Assembly: GCF_011386835.1 (NCBI RefSeq)
Contig: NC_088794.1
Coordinates: 36,332,001-36,396,000, forward strand
Length of the DNA: 64,000 bases
Origin: Chrysemys picta bellii
Lineage: Eukaryota
Direction: 5' to 3'
Shown: positions 24,782 to 37,808 of the stretch, one piece after another
Position numbering within the stretch: the stretch's first letter is position 1
How the letters are laid out: each line of letters begins with the position of its first letter
The notes under the pieces: model-generated
Seen by the model: only the letters and a program-made list of their open reading frames with translations
Told to the model about the DNA's origin: nothing
The model's database searches: none
Position numbers and translations under genes: made by a program

Positions 24782-27700
24782 ACTAGACCAATATTCTCAA
24801 AGCTGACTAATGATTTAGAGTGCCTCAATTTTTGGAGGTCCAACTTGGAATGCATTAAAGGGGCCTGGTTTTCAGAGGGTGAGTACTCAATATTTTCTGA
24901 AAATCAGGCTCCTTTAAGATGTCTCAGGTGGACACAAAAACTGAAACACTCAAAATCCACATCACTTCTGAAAATGTTGGCCCTATTTCTTCTTTCACTG
25001 GCCATATCACATTCTTGGGGAACTGAAAATTGATAAAACAATCGTGATCATTTATCAAGAGTGGATTTACAAAAGAATACCTGGGGAGAAAAACATTTAA
25101 ATGATTTGTAAGGGAATTTGTGTCCTGCTCAAACTGTCTGTTGTACATCTCAGTCTCATCACTTTTTCTTCATCCTCCCCACAGTTTCACTGCTTGTTCA
25201 CAAATAGCACCAGGGTGGAAGGTAGTTGGGTTTTGCATGCTTACACATAGGGTGAGAATCTAGGATACAAACAATAAATGAGACAGAAGGTTTTAAAAAT
25301 ATTTTGCATTGGTTTAATTGTCAATGGAACAGCTGATTTCTGATCAAATTTATACCATTACAATTCATATGTAAACCCATTAGATATGACAGACTTTCTA
25401 GGGAGTTCCAAGTCTCTAAAGCAGCCAAAAATAAACACTAAAAATTATTACAAAGAGAAACTGAATACCAGGTTCCCTAAATAGTCTTCTTAAATCACTG
25501 AAACACATAAGAATGAGGTCCCCCATTTTTCAGGCCTCTCTAAGTGGTAGTGCTTGTAGTGACTCAATTGTAGATTACCCCAGCTCACCACTTGTGGAAC
25601 CTGCTGTACACTAACACCACCTACCGATAGTACTAGGGAATTGCTTTCCTGACCACTTGCTGTCCAATGAAAGGTCACTTATGAGCTGCCACTTCCAACT
25701 GAAGAGAGTTCTCATCAAACAAGTGGTAGACTGAACAACAGCATGAAGGGGCTACAGCTTCATTATCCATATATGGGATTTAACTCAACACAAGTTTTGT
25801 ATTTTGGTATGAATTTTGTTCTCATCACAATGAGCTCAGTGTTTTCAGCGATGGATAGTGCAGTCTAGTTCATGGTCTTCCTCCCACACAGTTCTGTTCA
25901 CTCCTTGCCTTCAGCACTTCTGCAATTGCAGTGTTGAGGGTCCCACACATATTGACACCAATCCTGACCTGTAATAGTCCCTGATCTTCCAATCTAACAT
26001 CCCCTCACAGCTATGCCAGTCTGGATGTGCAGCAGCCCCAACTATTCCAGTTTGCAGCCCCCTCGCAACTGTGTCTGTGCACCTCAACCTGAACATTCAG
26101 CACCTCTTCCATTCCAGTCTTGGGTCCCCACACAATGCTGCCTCTGCATTTCAAGCCTGACTCATTCTTCCCTTGTTTCTCCAGTCCTGAACCTCTCCTG
26201 GGCAAAGGAGGCCAGGAGTGAATAATTGTGTGATGTTTGTGGTGCGGACAAATACCTGTTGATGAATTGATTGAGATCCACCAGTTCTTTACACTTGTAC
26301 CCCAAGTCAGGATTTGAATTCATACCTACATAGATGAAAGGTGAATAACTGTGAGGCTCCATTTTATTGCTAGCAATGCTGCTTTCAACCCTACTTTCTC
26401 AGGTAAGAAATGAAATTCTCACCTCAGTTATTGCAACACCTCTATGTACTTCTAAGGAAACTTTCTTTCCTCACCCAAACAAACAATCTTACCTTGCCTT
26501 CCAGGACTTTTCAAATTCCTAGGGAACCACTCAGCAAGGATCCAGAGCTTGTTAGTGGATGGCACTGTCAGCCCGGCCTAGTCTTGAAGGGAGACCTTCC
26601 TTCCATCAGCAGTGCTGGAATTCAAACCTCAGTGCCTCAAGCAGAGCAAACCCCCATGTTGCTGCCTTAAAATGCACTAATAAAGAAATCAATGGAATGG
26701 AAGAGACATGCCTGTAATAAACAGAACACAGCAACGCTGTGATCCCCTGCCTTGCAGATGCATTTTAAGAACGGCGCCAATCACTGGGCCTCCATGTGAG
26801 CTATTACACCACTTCATTAATTCTCCTGGCATGGGGCCCAGCATGGCTGATACTGGTGCCTTGTGATGTGTCTGGTTTAGGGATAAAAGAAAGGAGAGAG
26901 GAAGGAATATATAATGGCATGTCAGATATTCACAAAGAAAGGCAGTAGATTTCTGTCCTTCCCTCGTAGAGTTCAGTAACCAGCATCAGAGCTTTTCAAG
27001 GCAACAGTTTTACCTTCACTTGCTCCACAGTCTGTGGCTGGTGTTTTCGGCCATTGTGAAAATACAAAAAATGGCTGAATTGTGGCTGAGTTATTGAGCT
27101 TTAACAAGTAGCTTCTTCGGGCATCCAGAAGTTAATTTGCAGAGGGTTTTGTCTGTGCTGTGAACATGGATAATGGCATGAAACAGTAACATTCCCATTG
27201 CTAGTCATGCAAAGAGTCTCCAGGTACTTCAGTCAATGGAAGCATGAGGATCAGATGGCATTCATCGATGTGGGGAAGCTAACTTTTTAATGGTGTGGCA
27301 TAAGGATTTGAGTGTGAAGTCACAGACCCTTATTCGATGCAGGTTGAGCTTCCTAGTATGACGTATAATTTGGATGCATTTCAGGTCGACAAGCTCCGAT
27401 TGGCATCAGAGGCAACGTTACATGGCTCTGAATGTTATCTTCATGTAGCTGCTGATATTTAGTATTCCATGCCTCAGTTTTACTGTTTGATGGGAATTAC
27501 TCATTAGATCAGCACAGATTGTTTTCTATAGCACTGATGGCTACAGATAAAAATGTCCCTGAAGGAAATGATAAAAGTGCAATCTGATTGTGTTTATGTG
27601 TGTCGGAGGACATGGAGGAGGAGCAGGGAAGTGGACTCGCTGTTTCATTGACATAATTTGTCACTAACTGACTGTGTGTCAGGCCTTAGTTGTAATAAAT

Positions 27701-28171
27701 CCCCATTACTGGAAACCTGTATCTCTCAAATCCTCAAGCACAGTGCAGAGGAATAACCGACATGTGTCCCTAGACCTCTGAGACGAGGAGGAACGATGCT
27801 TAGGGTCTGCAGGGATGATAATGACACTGGCAACACAACTTGCTGCAGAAACTGTACAACAAGGCAAGTCTTCTTCTGGAGAAACAGTCCCTCAAGTGCA
27901 GAAGTAACACAGCAAATCTTTGTATTCCTCTAAGAGCTGGGGAGGCCTATGAGCAGACAGCAGATGGAGCTGGGGACTTGTGGGATGCAGCTTTTATTAG
28001 TTCAGATTTCTTCATCTCTTCCTGGTCTTTACCCTTCCAGGCAAAGAAAACCCAGGCAATTAAATACCGAGATGCTCTCTCATCCCTCCAACAGTCATTT
28101 CTCCACTGTGTGCTGTGTTGTGATATTGTTGAATGGTAAATGTAACTCAATGCATTTGTCTGTCCCTAGCT

Positions 28172-28475
28172 CAGAGGAATGATTGGCTTATGGTTAAAGC
28201 ACTGTACTGGGACTCAGGAGATCTGGGTTCTATTCCTTGCACTACCACAGACTTCCTATGTGACCTTGGGCAAGTCACTTAATCTCTCTATGCTCTGGTT
28301 CCCCATCTATAAAAGGGGATGATACTACTTGCTGTCTCCCACCCTTTGTCTGACTTATCTTGTGAGTTCTATAGGGCAGGTACTGTCCCTTGCTGTGAGT
28401 ATGTATTGTGCCTTGAATAATGATGCCGCAATCTTGGTTGGGGTCTCTAAGTGCTACCGTAGTATATGTTATAAT
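28172..28475 (+). mobile_element. MIR-like (CORE) SINE
   Basis: Intact core GTGACCTTGGGCAAGTCACTTAATCTCTCT...CCCATCTATAAAAGGGG followed by a tail shared with several other copies in the window. Confidence 0.7.
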
Positions 28476-29917
28476 AATTTCTACAGAAATCTCAGAAAAG
28501 ATATGAGGAGATTGGGGGATTCTGTGGGACCCTATCCCATCTCAAGATCTTAGAGGGGCAGTCTGAAAAATGGAGGGAATAAAAGGAGACATTGTCAAAG
28601 TATGATTGATGAGAGTTTGTAATCATCTTTCCTGATTTCCTGTTGTTTCTTGTGCTGTTTTAGAAGCCTGGAAATCATTCCCCTCCCCCTTCCCAATTCT
28701 TATCCCAGCTCAGAAAAACTGAGTCCCTGATGGAAAGGGATTGCTGCAGGCAGCTGAGTGATTGAGAATCCAGGAGCAGTGTTAGTCTCTATGCTGACTG
28801 GCTCCAAATCTCTGTGCCCAAAACGAACAGTAGCTAAGGGAAAGCAGCTGACACATAAATGTGGCTCACCCCAACACCTGAAGAAGCAGTCAGTACAGAA
28901 ATGTATGGTCCTGTTAACCGGTCCTCAATGAACTATCTCCACGGGGACTCCCTGCCCTAATCCAAAAAGCAGCATGGCTGTGGGAAGAATGATGATGATG
29001 ATTGTCTCTAATTTTATTTAGAATGAGAAAAGAAGTCTTGCACCAGTCACTTTATAATGGAGGAAGAAAGAGCAGCCACTTCAAACCCCAGCTCAGCCAA
29101 TGCCTCCTGCCACAGCTCTCCCGCAAGACATTTCCCAGTACCCCTTGCAGGTCCACAGACTCCCTGGATCTATCAAATAAGCATGGCTGCTCAATCGGGA
29201 TGATTATCAGTTGAATTTAGGCACAGAATGTGTTCTCTTTATCTGCAGCAAGCAAGGTAGTGCTTGATTGCATAAGGCCACAGCAGAGATTCCTGATTCC
29301 CCAATACCTATCTTTGGTGCCTGATCACACCCCTTGCAAGGCAGTAGTTCAAGACAGGAATCTAGTGTTGCCACCCATCCTGGTTTTCAGGAGCCAGTCC
29401 TAGTTCTGATGAAGCTGTCACATGTCCTGCACACCCTTTCTCTGTATAAATATATCTATTACATACACAAAAGCTTTGTTAAAATAACATTATTAAGGTT
29501 GTGAAGTCAAGCACTCGGATGTTAGTAAATGCCAGAATTAAGGTTGCCTGTGCAGCCTTAACTCAGCCCCCTTCTATTATGCATAAAATCCAGTTCTTAA
29601 TTACTACTGTTTTTTCCACAGCGCCTCTGCCTAATTCAATGCACAGAAAGGATCTTATTCAATTGATGAGCAACTATGGAATATTTTTTTCATCTCATTG
29701 TTCAATGTGTGGCCCCAGGCTATTTTTACTGCACACTATTTAGACCCATCTCTGAAGACACAATTATTTTCTCGTGGTCTTTTCTATGGCATTCATCACT
29801 ATAATAGCTAGGCGCTTCACAAACATACATGAATTTATTTTCACATCATCCCTGTGAGATTAGGTAGTTTTATTTTCCCCATTTTACAGATGGGGAATTG
29901 AGGCACAAAGAGATTAA

Positions 29918-30139
29918 GGTCAAAAGTACCTGCTATCTTTGGGCGCCCAATCTTAGACACTGAGGACCTTACTTTTTCAGAGTAGCTAGCATTATATATT
30001 ACTTTATATGTTCAAAGCAGAGCTCCAAAGACTTCAGTTTCAGCTTATCACTTTCTGCAAATCAGACCACAAGATCTCAAGTTAGGCACAGAAAAAATGA
30101 AGAACACACAATTATTGACCATCTTTGGAAAGTTTGGTT
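29918..30139. mobile_element. Harbinger-type MITE inserted in an antisense MIR-like SINE (~29790-30165)
   Basis: TAA on both sides (29915-17, 30140-42); removing the insert restores GAGATTAAGTGATTTGCC of the MIR core. Confidence 0.7.
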
Positions 30140-30526
30140 TAAGTGATTTGCCTGGCATCACATGGGAACTCTACTGAGCATATGCAAAGAGCAGTTTTTC
30201 AAAGGCTTATAACTTTGCCGTATTTGGACAGATTTTCCTGGAGAAAGCAACGGGCACATCCATGATGTAAAGGCCACGCCCCAGTCAAATTTCAAGTCCC
30301 TGTTCCAAGCCATGGGAGTGCTAGAACTTTTCATAGAAAAGGCTGTCAGAAATTTTTAACATGGGCAAAACAATGTATTTTTCACCACCCTTGTTCTTGG
30401 AAACAGCTGAACCGCGTCCTAACACATTGGCTACATCCTCCTGCGCTTTTTCAGGTGGACATTGCATAGAAAGCTGCTATGACTCGGCAGCAGAGAATGC
30501 ATTCACAGTAATGTGTCCAGTATTAT

Positions 30527-30776
30527 GGGCAAGTCTACACTATCGCGCTACATCGGCGCACCTGCACCCAGTGTGGTGTGCCCCGGGAGACGCATTATGC
30601 CAACGGGAGAGCACTCCCCCATCGACGTAATTACTCCACCTCTGTGAGAGGCGGAAGCTGTGTCAGCGGGAGAGCCAGCGTAGTGCAGTGTGGACAGCAC
30701 TTTAAGTCGATGTGATGTTTTCACACCCCTGAGCAGCGTAAGTTACATCGACTTAATCGGTAGTGTAGGCGAGCCC
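30527..30776. mobile_element. PIF/Harbinger-type MITE
   Basis: Termini GGGCAAGTCTACACTA...TAGTGTAGGCGAGCCC. Confidence 0.8.
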
Positions 30777-31529
30777 TGAGTGACTTAACTGAATGGCTGG
30801 TTGAACCAAATGTCCCAGGTCAGATGTAAACTGTTTTTATGCTCTCTGTTCTGCAAGCGGTAATTGATGTTTTCAATCCTCACATGCAGTGACACACATC
30901 CTATATCTCCCATCTTGGGCCCTTACACTGCTCTGACTAAGCACCTCCGTTCCCATCTGCAATTTGCTATGCTAGTCCAGTCCTGGACTCCAACCCAAAG
31001 TCTGTTACTGCTCTTCATCCCTGACCTAGATCTCTCCTAAACCGAGACTGCCAACTCTGCAGTGGTTTTATGATGTGTAGAAATACCTGCCAGGGATTCT
31101 GTCACTCGCCAAAATAATTTCATTTGCGATCCATGATGCATTTGGTCGCTGGTCTGAAAGCCAGTCCATTAACCCATTGCATCCCCCAAACCTCATCCCA
31201 TATTATTATGAATCTCTGAAGCAATAATAGTTCAGTGGAGGACAGCCTAATGAATCTGCTGAAGATGAATCTGCCACTGCTTTTCTGTGTCCTGACTGGA
31301 GGATGATAGGACAGCTAGGAGGGTAAGGCTCCATGGCAGTAGGGAGGACAGTTATGGATTTGGGAGGAGATGATGAAGGCAGCTGTTCCTGGCAGAGGCT
31401 CAGAATGGCTGAGCTGTAGCTTCTGGAGTTACATGTGTGCGGCTGGGCGTATTTTTGTTTAAGAGTAACTAGACTAATGTACCTAGCATAGATAAAAACA
31501 TGTACATGCACAAACTACTCCGCACCTTA

Positions 31530-31945
31530 CGCTGACATCAATTTCTTTCTGACAAAGGTAAATGACCCACTGCAAAGCCCTGAAATTAATGGTAGCTTGG
31601 CCGAGGACCAAGAATATTGTTATGTTATCACTATCATACATGGGATTGTAATGTTCGAAAGATGTGGATGTTTATATAGCAGCAGCTGACACTGCCATGT
31701 TCCAGGCCCTTAAGCGGCCTCTGTGGAAATATCGGGACTTCTATGTTACCATGAAACTGCAGATCAATAAAACTACAGCGCTGTTGTACAGCAGTGAAAT
31801 GTGAGGACCGAGGAAAGGCTGAAGACAGGCGGACTGATGTTTTTGATTCTCACCATCTTCATCAATTGCTTCATATTAAGTGGGAGGACAAGATCAGTAA
31901 TGAGGATATTCATGGCATCTGCCAGCATCAGCACTGGTTTAATTT
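31530..31945 (+). mobile_element. Ancient RTE-clade LINE fragment (C-terminal part of the RT ORF)
   Basis: Degenerate translation includes SKDVDVYIAAA, AMFQALKRPLWKYRD, ALLYSSEM* and LLHIKWEDKISNEDI. These parallel the RTE motifs KDIxxRIxxA, AFxxLKxxVW, LLYGSETW and ILxIKWQDxxSNEEV. Confidence 0.7.
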
Positions 31946-32403
31946 GGTTGGCTTTCTTGGTTTGAACATATTATTAGGATGGCAAGTTTAGAACTAAGTA
32001 ACTCACCAAAGAATATGCAGGACATAAGAGCTGGCAACAGAGCCCCAGTATCTTCACTCCAACTTCTATGCTTTAGCCACATGACCACCTTTTCCCTCCC
32101 AAATATGCAGCTACATGCCAGTACCAAATCCACCCAACTATATGAAGACCGAGTCCAATTTTTATTAAATTAGAATTGAACCATAGTCAGTTTTGACTCA
32201 ATAATCTAAATTTACAAGCTCCCTCCTAAATGAAGACCATCTGAGGACTACTGATCTGATTGCTCTGGTTAGAATGTCCCTTGTAACCTCACAGAGAGAG
32301 TATTTGTAAACGCTACCTTCTGTGGACAGTTTTCAACTGTCCCAAACTTTGCTGAGCCTTGCTTCACAGGTCTATATCACGTTGCTTAAGCTTAGCTTGC
32401 AAT

Positions 32404-32698
32404 GTGATATGTCTACACAGAAATCAAACACCTGCAGCTGGCCTGGGCCACCTGACTTGGGTTTGCAGGGCTTGGGCTGCAGGGCTGTAAAATTGCTGGG
32501 TAGACATTATGCCTCAGCACTGAGCCCGAGCTCTGGGACTCACCAAGGGGGAGTGTCACAGAGCCTGGGCTCCAGTCCAAGCCCAAACATCTACACAGCA
32601 GTTTTTACTCCACAGCCCAAGCCACAGGAGCCCAAGTCAGCTGACCCAGGCCAGCCATGGCTGTGTCACGGATCTTTTATTCCAGTGTAGACGTACCC
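32404..32698. mobile_element. PIF/Harbinger-type MITE
   Basis: Termini ~GATATGTCTACAC...GTGTAGACGTACCC; interior related to 52309-52578. Confidence 0.75.
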
Positions 32699-34048
32699 TC
32701 GGGGTCCTAAATATACCTTGGGTTTATCATGATCCATCTTCCCAGTGCCATGGTATTGAATCCTCACATTGGGACTTTGCATCTGTATATTGTGTCAGGA
32801 TGGAAGTACAATTTGTGCAGTGTCCCAGCATAAAACTACAAACGTTGTGACATAAAACAGGCGTCACCAACCACATGATTATTTTGGCCCAAAGGGCAAA
32901 TACACAACTGGGGCAGCCTTGTAATTACCAGGAGATGTCAGTAGGAGTGTCTTGGGTAAGTGCTTAGGACAACTTGGGTCCCTTCTGCTTTGTGAGGCTC
33001 CCTTTAGTGGATGCTATAAAGTAAATCGTCATTGCTGTAATATCTAGGAAGTCCATCCTTTCCATTTTTAAAAAAACAAAGTCGCATGTTAAAATCATGG
33101 ATTAGCAGCTGTTATGCCCACTGGAGAGGCCGAGAGCAAATTAAAGATGACATTACATGATAATTGGAAAGGTGCAGGGGATGATTCAGGTGCATGTATT
33201 TGATTGGTCTGAAAGTGTTTTTTTTAAAACTAAGCTAGCATATGCCATGACTGCCTTTAATTTTATACACAGGGCCAGGTAAAAATATCTGATGAGAGGC
33301 AACTGGGCTGCAGTACTGCAGGACAGTGTATAGCTCTCCATTCCTCTTCTCCCTTGCATGGTATAATACAATTTGAACGGAGCAAAATGGGTAGAGTTCT
33401 TTTTAAATCCTGTGAGTGTCCATCCCAGAAGCCTCTATCCTAATCTAGGTGGAGCAGGGGAATATGTGGTCTTTGATGGCTACATCTTCACTGCAGAAAA
33501 GTGCTGTGCTGATGGGCAAATTACCATACTGGGTTTGGGGGGGCTAATAGAAGCTCATGCATTTTTAGGGATGTATTGCTATGTAAGAGTTGGGTGGAAA
33601 GGTGGGCTTCCCCTAAGCACTGACAATACATACAACTATGCCTCCATCAATATGAGCTAGACCCTCTAGGTTCCAAATGGGACCCCAAGAACATGAGCTT
33701 CTTCACCGCAAGACCCTGGTCACAGTGGGCCTTCATGGGCTTTGCTGAAGTGGGATCAGAACTCAGAAATCTATTCCTGAAAGAGATGCATCAGAGCCTG
33801 AATTAAAGTTGCCTCTGTTTCTAAAGGTTTTCTCCCGATTATGTGTTAGGATTATTCTTCTGGGTGGCCACTTCCTGGGTATGAGTCTGTGTCACAAACG
33901 GGCTTAAACTGAGGTCAGGGACTGGAGTGTTGTTCTGTCTCTCCTAAATTATGTAGAAGGTTCCCAGATACCAGTGTGGTAGGCAGATTACAAATGCATC
34001 TAAGAAGTATAGGTTAAGATGCTCATTTGATTGTGTTTTGCTTTACAG

Positions 34049-34082
34049 GTCGCCACATTATGCCTGCCCTGAAGTGATCCGG
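34049..34082 (+). CDS. BRSK2: BRSK2 coding exon (exon 6 equivalent), 34 bp, phase 2/0
   Basis: tttacag|G TCG CCA CAT TAT GCC TGC CCT GAA GTG ATC CGG|gtaagt; encodes SPHYACPEVIR, with the BRSK-typical CPE in place of APE. Confidence 0.97.
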
Positions 34083-34986
34083 GTAAGTTAGCTTGTACTC
34101 TCAGCATTTGTATAAAAGCATGTCACTCGTTACATAGATGCAGGCAGGTACCCTCTACAGGAAGTGATCCCAAGGCAGTTAGCATTGCAAATGCTTAATG
34201 TAACTGTCATTTTCCTTCATGTGACAAGGCCCAAAAGCGAGTTACACCACTAGTATAAAGGTCATGAACATATGTCACTGTGAGAGCAGAGGTCATTCAT
34301 AGTGGAACAGCTACTTCAGTCGCTTGACCAGCCAGAAGTACAATGGTTTTGTTTTCCATGTTATTTCCATCCAGTGGGCCTCCATGTCCCCTATGGAGTC
34401 CCTAAATATCCCCTCAAGCCAGATTGGACTGTCAGCACTGTTACTAGTTTGCTATTGAGCAATAGGAAGTACTCCCTTCTCCAACTCTTTCTTCTTCCCC
34501 TAAGGCTGGCTACTGTAGGCTCTGGTGGCCCAGGGCTCCAAAGACCAGGTTTCCCGCCTGTTGATGCACAGCAGTAATATGAAGCCAAGTGATTCAGAAA
34601 ATCAATAGAAGAGAATTGCCAGAAAACATGACAAGTTAGCAAATAATATGACCCATTCCGAGCTCCATAAAGAGCTAACCAGGAGAGAAGCAGCTTCTTG
34701 ATATCCTGAAGGCATCTCTGACATTTCTGATTAAGTGCTGACTCCTCAGTTCTTTTACTGCTCCGTGGCCATTCCCTCCCTTCCCCATATTGTAGGCTTT
34801 GCTCTCTCGCATCCCTCAGACAAGGACATAACACTGATTTTCACAAGAACCCATGAGCCGCTCTGGCCTGCTACTTAGGTAGCTCTCCAAGAAACAGCTT
34901 CTGGGATCAAAACTTCAGGTCTCCCACTCTCCCCTCCCCCATTATTCAAGGATGGCTAATTCTCTTACTAACCAGCATTCATGTAA

Positions 34987-35103
<117 letters not shown>

Positions 35104-37301
35104 TAAACAGAAAAAAAACCCCACAATGCTGCTGTATTTCATGTTAAATCTACTGACATGGTGTAAGTCTCTCCTGGGTACCCTCTCTCTTTCTGTATCT
35201 CTCAGCTGCATCTTCTATCTCTCAGCATCTGTCCCAAAAGGGAATGCATGATAAATATTTCACTTCGACCTTGAAGGGCTGCCACCCTGTACAGCAGAGC
35301 AGAGGGGATTGTGGGAAAGCTGCTTCCCTATGTGCTCTTTGCTCTGTTATTGTGGGGCAGCACTTTAAGAACCTGATTCAAAACTCACTGAAGTCAGTTG
35401 GCCACAGAGGGATAGGATGGTCAGGGTTGCAACTTCAGGACAGGGAGGATCCTAGGCTGCCCTTCATAGGATCAGGAAAGTGGTTTGGTGTGGCGTATTT
35501 TTACATGTATATGCATCTTCATTCAAATAGTTTTGTCAGAAGTGAGTGAAATGTAACAGCTGTGGCTCATGCCAATTTTGAGCCTCTGTAAACTGCATTT
35601 GAGAATGTAGAATTGAGCCAAAAGTACCCTGTTTCAACTGGTTTCCACACAAATAATAATTCCTTTCCTGGCACCTAAAATATACTGTTTCGGAATTTGT
35701 CCCTGGCTCAGTGAAAGGCTCATGAGCTGCACAGAACTTGTTCTGAGTTACACAGATGGTATGAAACCCCAAAACCAGACAAACATTTTAACAGAACTTG
35801 AAATCAAGTGAGTTTTGCCTCTGTTCAGCTTTATACAGGAAATCTGGTTTGTACTCCCATAAACAAGAAGTAGGATGCCATAAGTGACAAGTAGGATAGA
35901 CTTAATGTGTATGAAATTATTCGTCTTGTTTGTAATATGTCAAGTGATCATGTACAGTTACAAACAGCAAAGCTCCTTGCTCCATATTTTGTTGTCCTTG
36001 CACAGTTACTAGCCAGTTCTCTCTCAGGCAGACTTCTGTTGACATCCAATGGGAGTTTGCCTGAGTGAAGAATGGGAGGAATAGCTGAGTAAAGAGCTCA
36101 TGATTTGACCTTTTGAAACAACAGGAAAAAGAGACCCAGAAAAGCTGCCTGGGAGTTATCAGCGTGAGTACTTCATTCTCACCAGGATGGATGCCCTTTG
36201 AGATTTTGTATCCCACAGACTCTGGAAAATGTCTTGGGTTGTTTCTAGGTATAAACCTGAGCCTTTAAAGCGGTTGAAACTAGCCGATCACTGATGCTCA
36301 GTGCCAAGCATCAAGTTAATTACATCAAGATAAACACCCACGAAAAGTCTTATGCCATAATAGCAATTGCTAGTAATTAGCAACCTTTAGTTGCTACGTC
36401 CAGGAAATGCTGCATTTTATCTTGAACTATATTACATTAGCCAAAGTACCTAACTCTCAATATTGATTTTGCTTTAAGTCCTGAATAGTTATGAGGAACT
36501 AGGTAACTGGAGGGATTGGTAATGAACAGGAGGCTTTTTGCTTCTAGGCCACTAGTATGAACAAACACAGATCGGTAATGACTAATGGTTGTTAGCATCA
36601 AATGGGCTTTTGGTGGCCTCTGTAAATAGATTTGTTGGTCTCGGTCTGTTATATACACTGTATTATCCTACACAAGCATTACATGCACTGAAGTAAATAC
36701 AGTGTAAACACTGACATTTAGAGCCTGGCTGTAAGAATTGCTGAGAACCCGCAACTTGCATGGATTTTGATGGGACTCGAGGACACCGCACATCTACCAG
36801 GATCATGCCAGTAATTTTGGGGGGGAGAGATTCTCTGGTGGGCTTGTGATAAAACCATATCATAGTTTCATCCAGTGGACCTCGAGAACCTTCAAGCTCT
36901 TAAAGCATCCTAATTCAACCCTGGGGCACACGGGAAAGAATTCTGGAATAATGTTAATGTCCCAAACAAACTCCTGGTTGATGACCCCAGAAAAGAATTT
37001 ACAGCTTTTAACCTACCCTAGAAACAATAGTCTATATTGAATCATTTCAGAACATCGCATGGCAGATGTTATCATCTCTTACCTCTCTGGAAGATGAGAG
37101 ATAATGAACAATGTGATGGTGGTCACCAGTTGCAATCTGTGAACCATATTGTAAATCAGTGCCCACTTTGATTGTTTGCTGATGGCATTTTGGACTTGTG
37201 CCAAGCCACTTCCAAAGCCACACATTGACTCACTAATCTGAACTTGGTTACTTGAATGTTGCCGATCACCTCTCTGCTACTAAATGTTGAGTTGAATTTA
37301 A

Positions 37302-37808
<507 letters not shown>

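Noticed and set aside
32932-32955. 24-nt segment between AG and GTAAGT
   Set aside because: The acceptor has no pyrimidine tract and the frame contains TAG; too weak to propose.
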